Counted from the stretch's first letter, positions 26,512-39,607 are shown. The stretch is DNA of 64,000 nucleotides from Octopus sinensis (GCF_006345805.1 NC_043023.1:6076001-6140000), one strand, 5' to 3'. Notes: a model not told the origin generated them from the letters alone. Made by a program: numbers and translations.

Positions 26512-28862
26512 TAGTTTTATTTTTTATAGCGTGCTTTCACTTCACTACCGAGCGCAGCTCTGTGTGCCTTGGGTATGTGCTGTGATTTGTTGTGATACTC
26601 TGATGGTTATTGTATGGAAAGTGTTCTGCGTAGGATGTGTGCAGTGCCTAGTAGTGCAATTTTCTATATGTTATATGTGTTTGTAAGTCCTGGTGTTTTT
26701 GTTATGTATTTGTCTGAATATTTTTTTATCATGCCTAATGCACCTACTATGATAGGAATTGTGTCTGTTTTTAGATTCCACATTCTGGTTACCTCCATTT
26801 CCAGGTCTTTGTATTTTGAAAGTTTCTCCATTTCTTTTAGAGACACGTTGTCATCTGCCGGTATTGATACATCAATTAGAAAGCATTCTTTTTCTTCATG
26901 ATCTCTGACAACTATATCTGGTCTGTTGGCCTTAATTTCTCTATCTGTGTATATCAGCATATCCCAGAGTATGGTTGCTTTCTCGTTTTCTCTGACCTTT
27001 TCTGGTGTGTGCCTATACCATCTTTTTTCTGTTGTTATTCCATAATGTTGGCATAGCTTCCAATGTATGTAGGTTCCAACTCTGTCATATCTGTGAATAT
27101 ATTCCTTCTTAGCCAGGACTGGGCTGCCAGAGATAATATGATTTATTGTTTCTTGTCCATCTCCACATATTCTGCAGTTACTTGTTATATTTCTTTTCAT
27201 TACATGTTTTTGGTAATTTCTGGTGGGGAGGCTTTGGTCTTGTGCTGCAATTAAAAATCCCTCTGTCTCTGCTTTGAGTCCTGAGCTTCTCAACCATTGC
27301 TGGGATTTTTCTTTGTCTATTTCTTTTGCATTTAGTTTAGTCCAGTATTTACCATGAAGGGGTTTTTCTTGCCATCATTTTATCATGGTTCGTTGCTGTT
27401 CTAGTTTTAGTTTGGATTTCATTTGTTTTATAGCTTTTGTTGTTTCTTCATCTTCTTCATCTTCTTCTCCTTTATATTTGTTAGGTGGTATGATTTCTTG
27501 TTTGTATTTGTCAGCTTCCTTAAATACTGAGAACAGTTTTTTGTTTTGCTCGTGTTTTGCCGCTATTTGTATCAGTTTTCCTTCCTTCTGAAGTAGATAT
27601 TTTTGCAGTCCTATGGTGGTTATTTTGTAGTAGTTTTCCAGCTGTATAAGGCCTCTACCACCTTCTATACGTTGTATATATAGTCTTTCTATGTCAGATT
27701 TTGGGTGATGCATCCTAGATCCTGTCATTATTTTTCTTGTTTTCCTATCTATTTTGGTCAGTTCATTTAGTGTCCAGTTAAGGATATTGTAGCTGTAACT
27801 TATAACTGGGACAGCTAAAGTGTTAATACCTATTATCTTGGTTTTAGCATTGAGCTCTGTTTTTAGTATTGATCTAACTCGTCTATAATATTCTTTTTTT
27901 TATTTTCTCTTTCATTTGTGTGTGTTGTGTCTTATCTAGTTCATGGATTCCTAAGTATTTGTAAGTTTGGTTTTGGTCTAATTCTTTTATTTCATTGGTT
28001 TTATCTAGTGTGATGTTGCTACTCTTAACTAGTTTTCCGCTTTTCATGGTTACTTTGGCGCATTTTTCTAATCCAAATTTCATATCTATTTCTTTGGTAA
28101 ATCCATGAACTGTCTTTAATAGTGTTTCCAGCTGTTTGTCCTTTGCAGCGTATAGTTTTAGGTCATCCATATATAAAAGGTGGCTGATCGTTTTGCCGTA
28201 ACATTTATATCCGCATCCAGTTCTATTTAGCATATCAGATAGAGGTGACAGTGCCAAGCAGAAAAGAAGTGGAGAGAGCGTGTCTCCCTGGAATATTCCT
28301 CTTCTAATGGGGATGGTTTTGGTTTTCATGAGTCCCTCTTTTGTTTGGAGCTGTAGCACTGTTTGCCATTTATTCATAGAGTGCCCAATGAATTTTATAA
28401 TTGTTGGTGCTACTTTGTTAATGGCTAGTGTTTCGAGGATCCATGTGTGGGGGATGCTATCAAACGCCTTTTTGTAGTCGATCCAGGCCATACTGAGGCC
28501 TTTCTTCTTTCTGTGGCTGTCTTCAGTTATGGCTTTATTGATCATTAGTTGATCTTTACAGCCGTATGAGCCTTTGCAGCATCCTTTCTGCTCTTCTGGA
28601 AACAGGTTGTTTTCGTCTAGGTGCTTGTTCAACCTTTGCGATATCACTGCAGTAAACCACTTGCAGTAAACCACTTGTGCATCGTAGGGAGACAGGTTAT
28701 TGGTCTGTAGTTTTCTGGTTTTGCTGTCTCATTTGATTTGGGAATTAAGATGGTTTTCCCCTTCGTGAGCCACTCAGGCATTGTCTCTGGCTCTGCTATT
28801 ATGTTGTTAAAATTTTCAGCCAGCTTTTTGTGCATTCCTGTTAGATATTTCAACCAGAAGTT
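26510..28862 (-). mobile_element. R4/Dong-clade non-LTR retrotransposon, 5'-truncated and frameshifted
   Basis: RT motifs (AWIDYKKAFDSIPH, GIFQGDTLSP, LYMDDLKL), CCHC-like knuckle (CRIC...ETINHI) and restriction-like endonuclease (RPDIVV...FLIDVS); (TAA)n runs at both ends. Confidence 0.9.
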
Positions 28863-28914
28863 GATTATTATTGTTATTATTATTATTAATGTTTATAAAC
28901 ATTTATTTTTGCAG

Positions 28915-29058
28915 AATATCCCAATAAAAATAAGTTTATAGTACAGGAAACCAACCTGACTGTCATCAACCTCACATACCAAGATTCCATGACCATCCAG
29001 TGTAATATGAGTAATATCCATGGGTATATCTTCGCTGATGCCTTTCTATATGTCTTTG
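28915..29058 (+). CDS. Ig exon I: end of Ig4
   Basis: ttttgcag acceptor and G|gtgagt donor; 144 nt, phase 1-1. Encodes EYPNKNKFIVQETNLTVINLTYQDSMTIQCNMSNIHGYIFADAFLYVF (QCN.SN.HGY motif of L1-family Ig4). Confidence 0.9.
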
Positions 29059-29134
29059 GTGAGTATTGAACCTGGCACATTCTGATACATCAGGCATTCA
29101 TTTCCCTTTTTATATTGCTTCCTCCAAACACAAT

Positions 29135-29220
29135 AAATGCTACTACTGCTACTACCACAAGCAGCACCTTTACTACTACTACTACTACTACTACTACTGC
29201 TACTATAGCTGCTGCTGCTG

Positions 29221-29259
<39 letters not shown>

Positions 29260-29368
29260 TTGCTGCTGCTGCTACTACTACTACTACCACTACAACTACT
29301 ACTATTATGCTGCTACTACTACTACTACTATTACTACTACTACTACTACAACTGCTGCTGTACTGCTG

Positions 29369-29399
<31 letters not shown>

Positions 29400-29662
29400 G
29401 ACTCCTACCACCACCACCACCACTACTACTACTACAACTACTACTATTATTGCTACTACTATTAGCACTACTACTACAACTGCTACTGCCGCTGGTACAA
29501 CTACTACTGCTACTACTACTTCTACTTTTACTACAACTGCTGCTACTGGTACTACTACTCCCACTACTACTACTACAACAACTACTATTATTGCTGCTGC
29601 TGCTACTACTACTAATACTTCTACTACTAATACTGCTGCTACATATGTTACCACAACTACAA

Positions 29663-29705
<43 letters not shown>

Positions 29706-29720
29706 TACCACTACTGCAAG
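29135..29720. repeat. (CTA)n compound microsatellite
   Basis: About 580 nt of CTA/CTG/CCA triplets shortly after exon I. Confidence 0.95.
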
Positions 29721-30122
29721 TCTGCATGCTTGTGTGTCTGTGTGTCCACTTGCATTTTTGTGAGGTCAGTGCCACCTTTCCACCTTTCAGACTCAACAGC
29801 ATTAAGTACCAGTCATATACCAGGGTCTGACTAAGCCACTCCTGCCCTTGGGAAATGTGACTTGTCCCCTAATGTATAATAGCCTGAAATTTATATGTAA
29901 ACGTAATACTCTTTACTTTCTTTACTCTGTTACTTCTTTCAGTCATTTGACTGTGGCCATGCTGGAGCACCGCCTTTAGTCAAGCAAATCGACCCCAGGA
30001 CTTATTCTTTGTAAGCTTAGTACTTATTCTATCAGTCTCTTTTGCTGAACTGCTAAGTAACAGGGACATAGACACACCATCATCGGTTGTCAAACAATGT
30101 TGGGGGGACAAACACAGACACA

Positions 30123-30169
<47 letters not shown>

Positions 30170-30419
30170 GGCGCAGCCTCCTGGCTTCCCAGACCCGTCG
30201 AACCATCCAACCCATGTTAGCATGGAAAATGGACGTTAAACAATGATGATGATGATGATACGCTTCTTTCAGTTTCCGTCTACCAAATCCACTCACAAGG
30301 CTTTGGTTGGCCCGAGGCTATAGCAGAAGACACTTGCCCAAGATGCCACGCAGTGGGACTGAACCTGGAACCATGTGGTTGGTAAGCAAGCTACCTACCA
30401 CACAGCTACTCCTACGCCT

Positions 30420-31035
30420 GATTTGCATGGTTTATGGATGTCATGCCAAGCAGCTAAACTGCTTTCACATGAATTGTCTGAGAAAGCTTTTGAAGATCAT
30501 TTAGCAAGAGAAGTTACCAGACACAGAGGTCCTCTCTTATTGTTTTTTATTGGCCACACAGGGCCTAATACAGAGGGCACACAAAGGTCCTCTCTTGAGC
30601 TGATCTACTAAGCATTTAAACACTGCTGAGGAGAGTGGAGGTTGGGTGGGTAGGCTGCCTTGTTCAAATGCCTGATACATAGCTACCCAAAACAATGAAT
30701 CGGCAGAAGGCAAGTGCACACAAAGTGGGCAGAAAAAGCATTTTAAAGAGGCCCTCAAAGCCTCACTGAAGTGCTTTCAAACCAACCCTGGGAAATGCAA
30801 GCACAGGACCTGGCATAGCTGTACCAACTGTTCCTATGTCAGAGAAAGACAGGAACACAAAGAAAAGATGAGCTGCACAAGTCCAGAGCCAACTGTTTAC
30901 CTTCATTCCCAGCAATTCACCTGTTCCCAACCTGCAGCAGAACTTCCAAAGCACACATTGGCCTGATTGGCCACAGCCGATGCACTGTGACCCATCTACT
31001 TTTCCCATGTGATGTCCTCGTCATCGTCAACAACA
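30420..31035 (+). mobile_element. RTE-type LINE 3' remnant
   Basis: Degenerate C-terminal zinc-finger segment (PTCSRTSKAHIGLIGHSR.H) typical of RTE ORF ends. Confidence 0.5.
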
Positions 31036-31055
31036 ACCGATGAACATTATTATTA

Positions 31056-31683
31056 TCTCTATATGTAAAAAGATTTGAGTGAGGTCGTTGCCAGTACAGC
31101 GTGACTGGCCCCTGTACCGGTGGTATGTAAAAAGCACCCACTACACCCTCGGAGTGGTTGGCATTAGGAAGGGCATCTAGCTGTAGAAACTCTGCCAAAT
31201 CAACATTGGAGTCTGGTGCAGCCATCTGATTCGCCAGTCCTCAGTCAAAATCGTCCAACCCATGCTAGCATGGAAAGCGGACGTTAAACGATGATGATGA
31301 TATAAAGCTGAAGTTGTCCGTGTGTGGCAGGTTTGGTAGCCTTCAACTAACACAATCTCCTCCGAGACCCTGCAGCGCAAGTTGACAAAAATTGAGAGTA
31401 TAATAGAAGAAGGCTTGCTCTTCCTTCCATAGAAGAAAAAATTCAAATCAGACCATGTTAACACCAAAAATTATTTACATAAAAAAGGTGCTTATTTTTC
31501 TATGAAAATCCTATTTTTTAACGATTTTTTGACTGCTGTGTCGTCATTTTTCGGTGTATTTCAACCAGAAAAATGTTCACTTAAAGAGAATAACAAGCAA
31601 CATAATGCAAATTCTTTACTTTTCAAAAATTCCAATTCTAAAGGGTCGAAACAAATCCGAGCAACGCCGGGCGATACTGCTAG
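31056..31683 (+). mobile_element. Helitron with a nested GAT-tailed repeat
   Basis: a|TCtctatat at 31056; GAT-tailed repeat at about 31065-31299; the element resumes at tataaagctg and ends gagcaacgccgggcgatactgCTAG|t, the same 3' end as 3783-4154. Confidence 0.55.
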
Positions 31684-31911
31684 TATATTATAAAGGTGGT
31701 GAGCTGGCCGAATCGTTAGCACACCAGACAAAATGCTTAGCAGCATTTCAGCTGAGTTCAAATTCACCCAAGTTTGTCTTTACCGTTCATCCCTTTCAGG
31801 GTCCATAGAATAAGTACCAGTAGAGCACTTGCCATCTCCCCTCAAAGTTTCTGGCCTTATATCAAAATTAGAAAGAATTATTTTTTTTTTCTCTATATTC
31901 TTCTTTTGCAG

Positions 31912-32093
31912 CTGAGGCACCGGATTTGCTAGAAAAGGGGAACATGACCCTGAAGAGATCCGAGGGTCAGACCATAAACATTACGTGCAAGACAACTGGC
32001 TATGATTCGGTGCAGGTGCTTTGGATGAAGGATAACAAACAGATGACAGGTGACAGGTATCACATACTAAGGAATGGCAATCTAAACATCAAG
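31912..32093 (+). CDS. Ig exon J: start of Ig5
   Basis: ttttgcag acceptor and AAG|gttagt donor; 182 nt, phase 1-0. Encodes AEAPDLLEK...EGQTINITCKTTG...VLWMKD...DRYHILRNGNLNIK. Confidence 0.9.
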
Positions 32094-32368
32094 GTTAGTA
32101 GTAGTAGTAGTAATAATAATAATAATACTCTTTACTCTTACTCTTTACTTTTTACTTGTTTCAGTCATTTGACTGCGGCCATGCTGGAGTACCGCCTTTA
32201 GTCGATCAAATCGACCCTGGGACTTATTCTTTGTAAGCCTAGTACTTATTCTATCGGTCTCTTTTGCCGAACCGCTAAGTTACAGGGACATAAACACACC
32301 AGCATTGGTTGTCAAGCGATGTTGGTGGGGACAAACACAGACACACAAACATATACACACACACATAC

Positions 32369-32417
<49 letters not shown>

Positions 32418-32582
32418 TACGACAGGCTTCTTTCAGTTTCCGTCTACCAAATCCACTCACAAGGCATTAGTCGGCCCAGGGCTATAGCAAAAGACACTTG
32501 CCCAAGATGCCATGCAGTGGGACTGAACCCAGAACCATGTGGTTGGTTAGCAAGCTACTTACCCCACAGCCACTCCTGCGCC

Positions 32583-32625
<43 letters not shown>

Positions 32626-32835
32626 GTTTGAAATTTTGCCACAAGAGAAGCAATTTCAGGAGAGGGGATGAGTCACATTGACCCCAGTGTTTAACTGGTA
32701 CTTATTTTATCGATTCCAAAAGAATGAATGGCAAAGTCAACCTTGATGGAATTTGAACTCAGAACGGAGTGACGACAACAACACCTAATAATAATAATGA
32801 TGATAATAATAATAATAATGATAATAATAATAATA

Positions 32836-33540
32836 AGGACCACCTAATCTCTGGATGTAAAGTCTTAGCACCAGTGGAGTATAAATTAAGACATGACAGA
32901 GTTGGCCAATATCTACACTGGCTAATAAGTCGGCATTACAATATCAAAACTGCCGACAAGTGGTATAATCACCACCCTGAAGCTGTAACTGAAGGAGAAA
33001 ATGTAACGATTCTGTGGGACTTTCCAGTACATACAGACCGAACCATCAAAGCCAATAAACCAGATATTGTTGTGAAAGACCAAAACAATAAAGTTTGCTT
33101 ATTGATCGACATGAGCATCCCCTGTGATCATAATATCTCGGCGAAAGAGTTTGACAAGCTCAGAAAATATAAAGACCTACTCATTGAAATTGAGAAAATG
33201 TGGCATCTCAAGGTGGTTACAATACCAGTAATCGTAGGAGCACTAGGAATGATCAAGAAGGGAACTGAAAATTATATGAGAATGATCCCTGGTTTACCAT
33301 CCCTGCAAGAAGTGCAAAAGATTGTCTTAACTGGTACATCACATGTATTGAGAAGAGCATTGTCGATGTGAGAACTATTACTACCCATGTATTTTAATTT
33401 AACTTAAAAAAAAAAAAATGAACGAACTATTGAGTTTAGTTTAATGGCTTACCAATGTATACTATGAGTTTCTTTGCCCTAGGAGTCGGGAAGACACTCG
33501 GCAAGAAATGGAAGCAAATTTGAAAGAAGAAAAAAAATAA
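32836..33540 (+). mobile_element. R4/Dong-clade LINE 3' fragment (endonuclease domain)
   Basis: Encodes DHLISGCKVLA...RHDRVG.YLHW...ILWDF...KPDIVV...LIDMSIP...KYKDL...VGALG; flanked by (TAA)n on both sides. Confidence 0.85.
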
Positions 33541-33604
33541 TAATAATAATAATTATAACAATAATATCAGTGATATCAGTGATGATAATAAAAATAATAA
33601 TAAT

Positions 33605-35060
33605 GAAAGGAAACAAGTGGAACCTTCTCATAGACTGATTAATGATATATCAAGTGATGGTGTCACAATAAAAACACTGGTAATTGCACAACTTGATAAT
33701 CGCTACCTCATATGAGTGACAATGAAAAACCAAAATATTGTGAATAACAGTGGTAATGAAACTGAAGCCAATGATGATGACAGTGTTCCACCCGGCAGGC
33801 TCAGAGATTCTGGCCTGGCTCCAACTTGTCGATATCCAGAAAGGGACCACCACACATGGCATAGATGGAGCAAGCAAATTAATGCTGTGATCATGGAGTG
33901 TTACTACCTGAGCAGCCTGGCAGATGAAAATGGTGCTCAAATTAGGGGTTACCGACAATGTATGTATAATCACTGGAGAGAAAAGGGATTGTTTCAACTC
34001 ACGGAACAGAGACTATGTGATTAAGCTAGAGCAATAAGAAAAAAATCGTTGGTTCACAGAAGTAGAGCTGGAAGTTATCAAAAGACAGGTCATGGTAAAT
34101 AGCAGCAGAGATAACGATGAGAATACAGTTCTTACTAATAAGAGTAATCGCATAGCACAGGAAAGGAGCAGTGGTAGTTTACTTGATGAGAGACATACAG
34201 ACGATCTAAAAGAAGATGATAAAACTAATGGTGATATGACAGATGAACAAAAGGCAATCTACGACAGAACAAAGGTAAGGCTACAGGAGAACAATAGCGA
34301 CATTATTTGCAACCTTAAAAAGGTTGATTGATGGAAATTGAACGAAGAAACGAAAAATGTCAATGAAATCTTGAAATACATCAGAAAAACTACTGATAGA
34401 CAAAACTGTACTTGGAGACTGCAAGAGGAGGAAAAGTAACTTAGCCATGTCATGGATCAACTATTGTAAAGCGTACGATATGATCCCACATTCTTGGATT
34501 ATGGAATGTGTGAACCCATTTGGTATTGCATCGAATGTTCAGCGATTGCTTGGAAAAAGTATGGCGAATTGAAGGACGGATCTGACAGCATACGGAAGAA
34601 GTTTAGGGGCAATAGAAATCAGGAGGGGCATCTTCCAAGGGGACTGTCTGTCCCCAGTGATCTTTGTACTGTGCTTGATACCACTAACACTGATTCTGAG
34701 GAAAGCAAAAGATGGGTGTGTATTCAAAAACTGCTAACAAAAAGTCAACCATTTGTTATTCATGGATGACCTCAAACTTTGTGGTAAAGATGAATCCCAA
34801 GTCAGTTCCCTCGTTGATACGGTGTTTACCTTCAGTGCTGATACCAGAATGGAGTTCGGACTGAGAAAGTGTGGTGTGTTAGTCTTGAAGAGAGGCAAAA
34901 TCAAATGTCTGGATGGGCTATCGATACCTTCAGGGTAGGTTATGAAGCAGATAGAAGAGATGGGCTATAAGTTCTTGGGGATTTTGAAAACGGGATAAAT
35001 TGATGGAGAAAGAAATGACAGAAAAATTTAAGGTGGAGTACTTGCACAGACTGAGACTAA
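33605..35060 (+). mobile_element. R4/Dong-clade LINE, internally deleted remnant
   Basis: N-terminal W...MECYY...W...TEQRLCD segment and RT pieces (YCKAYDMIPHSWI, GIFQG, FMDDLKL, MEFGLRKCG); begins right after a (TAA)n tract. Confidence 0.7.
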
Positions 35061-35953
35061 AAAACATTCGAGCGAGGTTGTTGCCAGTGCCGCTGGACTG
35101 GCTCTTGTGCAGGTGGCACGTAAGAAACACCATTTGAGTGTGGCCGTTGCCAGTAGCGCTTGACTGGCCCTCATGCTGGTGGCACATAAAAGCACCCACT
35201 ACACTCTCGGAGTGGTTGGCATTAGGAAGGGCATCCAGCTGTAGAAACTCTGCCAGATCAGATTGGAGCCTGGTGCAGCCATCCGGTTTGCCAGTCCTCA
35301 GTCAAATCATCTGACACTGGTAATAATCACACTCGAATGGTGCCTTTTATGTGCCACTGGCATGGAAGCCGGTTAGCCGCTATGTCAATGATCATGCTCG
35401 TATGGTGCTCTTTGCACCCTTCTAGCATGGATGCCAGTCATCAAATTTGATTTCGATTACACTTGCCTCAACAGCTCTTCGCATTCATCCAAATTTCACA
35501 AAGGAAGTATTAAGCTGGTTTTTTTTCAGTGTTCTCCAAGAGAAAGTACAACAGAAATTACATTTACATATTTTCAAAAATTCATAGTGATATCTACCAT
35601 AGGAAAGAGAAGTCAGCGAATAACGTTTCTCCAATAATTTTCTGAGGAAGGGTTTCTAACTCTGAAATATTGAAATACCAGATAACACAACCAATCCATT
35701 TTATTTTACAAATTGCAGTGTTTTGGGTTTAAAAAAATTTTTATTTGGAAACACTTAGGATTAAAAAGTTCTATCATAGGCCTAAAAGTGGCTGTGGGTT
35801 AAGTAGCTTGCTTACCAACCACATGGTTCCAGGTTCAGTCCCACTGTGTGGCATCTTGGGCAAGTGTCTTCTACTATAGCCTCGAGTCAACCAAAGCCTT
35901 GTGAGTGGATTTGGTAGACGGAAACTGAAAGAAGCCTGTCATATATATGTATA

Positions 35954-36007
<54 letters not shown>

Positions 36008-36072
36008 CATATATATATATATATATATATACATATACATACATATATGTATATATATATATATATATACAT

Positions 36073-36114
<42 letters not shown>

Positions 36115-36189
36115 TTATACATATATATATATACACATAAATCCTTGTGAGTGGATTTGGTAGTTGGAAACTGAAAGAAGCCCATCGTT

Positions 36190-36234
<45 letters not shown>

Positions 36235-36515
36235 GTGTGTGTATGTGTTTGTGTGTCTATGTTTGTCCCCCCCCCCCAACATCACTTGACAACCAATGCT
36301 GGTGTGTTTACGTCCCCGTAACTTAGTGGTTCGGCAAAAGAAACCGATAGAATAAGTACTAGGCTTGCAAAGAATAAGTCCTGGGGTCAATTTGCTCGAC
36401 TAAAGGCGGTGCTCCAGTATGGCCACATTCAAATGACTGAAACAAGTAAAAAGAGTAAATTCTCAGTTACCTCCCTTAGTATTTCTACTAATTTTTTTGT
36501 ATTGTTCTTTCACAG

Positions 36516-36606
36516 AATTTGGACTTAACAGATACTGGCGTCTATCATTGTTATGCTAGTAACAAGTATGGTATGGTCTCAGCAACGAGGAACCTTATAG
36601 TCCGAC
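36516..36606 (+). CDS. Ig exon K: end of Ig5
   Basis: ctttcacag acceptor and C|gtgagt donor; 91 nt, phase 0-1. Encodes NLDLTDTGVYHCYASNKYGMVSATRNLIVR. Confidence 0.9.
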
Positions 36607-37085
36607 GTGAGTATATCTGTTCATTGCTTTTTATTTTCCCTTCCCTTCTCTGTGCTCTAGATGTTACTAGCTAACAAGGGCCCTGTACTGTTTGTGAGAG
36701 CCATGGAGGAGGGCAATATTTTTCATGCTGAGAGATGCTGAAGCATGGAACAAACTGCCGGCATCGGTTGTTAGTTGTCGGAGCACTGCATCCTTCAAAA
36801 CTTCCATGCTTCCTGAGAGATTCGCCAACACTACACCTGATCTTTCTCCCCTCCATACACACGCAAGCATGTATCTGACTCATACACTGTTCGCTTCCCA
36901 GGCATTTGTACATTACTGCATATGCTTTATACACACTTTCTGACAAGTTGTGGTGCACCTGGGCACTGTATACAATAATTTCATTATTATTATTATCTAT
37001 GCTAAGAATTGCCAAGTTTACAATATATATTTAAATGTGTGTATGTGTGGATATATATATACATACACATATATATATACATACA

Positions 37086-38030
37086 AAGGCGGCTATCTGG
37101 CAGAATCGTTAGCATGCCGGGTGAAATGCGTAGCCGTATTTCGTCTGCCGTTACGTTCTGAGTTCAAATTCCGCTGAGGTCGACTTTGCCTTTCATCCTT
37201 TCGGGGTCGATAAATTAAGTACCATTTACCCACTGGGGTCGATGTAATCGACTTAATCCCTCTGTCTGTCCTTGCTTGTCCCCTCTATGTTTAGCCCCTT
37301 GTGGGTAGTAAAGAAATATATATATACATACACATATATATATACATACAAAGGCGGCTATCTGGCAGAAGCGTTAGCACCCCGGGTGAAATGGGTAGCC
37401 GTATTTCGTCTGCCGTTACGTTCTGAGTTCAAATTCCACCGAGGTCGACTTTGCCTTTCATCCTTTCGGGGTCGATAAATTAAGTACCAGTTACGCACTG
37501 GGGTCGATGTAATCGACTTAATCTGTTTGTCTGTCCTTGTTTTTCCCCTCTGTGTTTAGCCCCTTGTGGGTTGTAAAGAAATATATATATACATACACAT
37601 ATATATATACATACAAAGGCGGCTATCTGGCAGAATCGTTAGCATGCCAGGCGAAATGCGTAGCCGTATTTCGTCTGCCGTTACGTTCTGAGTTCAAATT
37701 CCGCCGAGGTCAACTTTGCCTTTCATCCTTTCGGGGTCGATAAATTAAGTACCAGTTATGCACTGGGGTCGTTGTAATCGACTTAATCCCTCTGTCTGTC
37801 CTTGTTTGTTCCCTCTGTGTTTAGCTCCTTCTGGGTAATAAAGAAATAGGTATTTTGTCTGCCGTTACGTTCTGAGTTCAAATTCCACCGAGGTCGACTT
37901 TGCCTTTCATCTTTTCGGGGTCGATAAATTAAGTACCAGTTACGCACTGGGGTCGTTGTAATCGACTTAATCAGTTTGTCTGTCCTTGTTTGTCCCCTCT
38001 GTGTTTAGCTCCTTGTGGGTAGTAAAGAAA
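37086..38030 (+). repeat. Locally amplified tandem array of a tRNA-derived SINE
   Basis: Three ~265-bp units share the private head variant ggcggctatctggc and the same preceding microsatellite; one additional head-less unit follows. Confidence 0.85.
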
Positions 38031-39316
38031 TATATATATACATACACATATATATATACATACACATATTCTGACAAGTGAAAATTGTGTAAATGTAATC
38101 ATAGGCCATATATTACAGGGAATACTCATGTTTACATATTTACAACTTATGTAACCATGGTGACTGGATTTGGTAGATGAAAACTGAAGAACCTTGCTAT
38201 ATAAAAATCAGAAAACAGGAATCACAATGGCTGTCTGTACTTATCCTCTAGAGGGAAAGAGGGGAGAGAGTAAGAGAGAAGAAAGAATGAGAGAAGAGAG
38301 AAAGAGAGAAGAGAGAAGAAAGAACGAGAGAAGAGAGAAAGAAAGAGAGAAAGAGAGGAGAGGGAAAGAGAGTAGGGGTGAAGAGAAGTGGGAGTCAGGG
38401 CAAGAGAGGAGAGTCGGGTGGGAGGAAGTAGGAGGGACGGGAAAAGGGTCAAGGGGAGGAGAGAGAAGGAGAAAAAGAGAGTAAGAGAGTAGGGGTGAAG
38501 AGAAGTAGGAGTGAAGAGGAGTGGGAGTCAGGGCAAGAGAGGAGAGTCGGGTGGGAGGAAGTAGGAGGGACGGGAAAAGGGTCAAGGGGAGGAGGTTAGA
38601 TGAAGAGGGAAGGAGAGTTGAGCCCAAATGGCGTAAAGAAACAAAGAGAGAAGATGAATCCTTGTTCACAGCACAAACGGGAGTCAGGATGGCATCCTCT
38701 GTGCAAGGACAATCCAAACTCAATCAGGAAAAGTAGAGTGAGGATTAAATTTCAATTAGATATAATATTTGATCACTTGTTTTCTTTATTCAAGATTCGG
38801 ACAGAACTTACGGGATGACCTGATAATAGGATAATTTGTAATGTTACCCCAGGAGGATAATTACTAAACACTCTTTACGCTTTTACTCTTTTACTTGTTT
38901 CAGTCATTTTGACTGTGGCCATGCTAGAGCACCGCCTTTAGTCGAGCAACTCGACCCCGGGACTTATTCTTTTTTGTAAGCCCAGTATTTATTCTATCGG
39001 TCTCTTTTGCCGAACCGCTAAGTAACGGGGACATAAACACACCAGCATCGGTTGTCAAGCAATGCTAGGGGACAAACACAGACACACAAACACACACGCA
39101 TACATATATATATACATATATACGATGGGCTTCTTTCAGTTTCCGTCTACCAAATCCACTCACAAGGCTTTGGTCGACCTGAGGCTCTAGTAGAAGACAC
39201 TTGCCCAAGGTGCCACGCAGTGGGACTGAACCCGGAACTATGTGGTTGGTATGCAAGCTACTTACCACACAGCCACTCTTGTACCCTTTTTATATTCAAA
39301 TCATATATCATTGCAG

Positions 39317-39607
39317 GCAAGACAAAAATTGAACCCTCAGCATTTGATAGAAGAGTGAAGGAAGGAAGGGCTGTAACGCTCCCCTGTGCTGCCACAACTG
39401 ACCCTATGGAGGTGGACAATTTGCAGGTCATTTGGTTGAAGGATGGAAAATCCATAGACATGGATGAGGGGAGAATAATTCAGAACACTCAGGACAATTC
39501 ACTGACCATCAACAGTGTAATAATTGGAAAGGATGGTGGCCGCTACACATGTGTGGCCACAAATGGATTGGATTGGGCCAAAATGTCAACGTTTCTTTAT
39601 GTCATGG
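39317..39607 (+). CDS. Ig exon L: Ig6 (third Ig6-like copy)
   Basis: ttgcag acceptor and G|gtaagt donor; 291 nt, phase 1-1. Encodes RKTKIEPSAFDRRVKEGRAVTLPCAATTDPMEVDNLQVIWLKDG...DNSLTI...DGGRYTCVATNGLD...LYVM. Confidence 0.92.

Noticed and set aside
29066-29830. Poly-Thr, poly-Leu, poly-Tyr and poly-Ser ORFs
   Set aside because: Translation of a (CTA)n microsatellite; no splice support.
38241-38723. Minus-strand ORF beginning with a Kazal-like CPC...PVC pattern
   Set aside because: Only three cysteines, no splice context, and the rest is a GA-rich low-complexity duplication.
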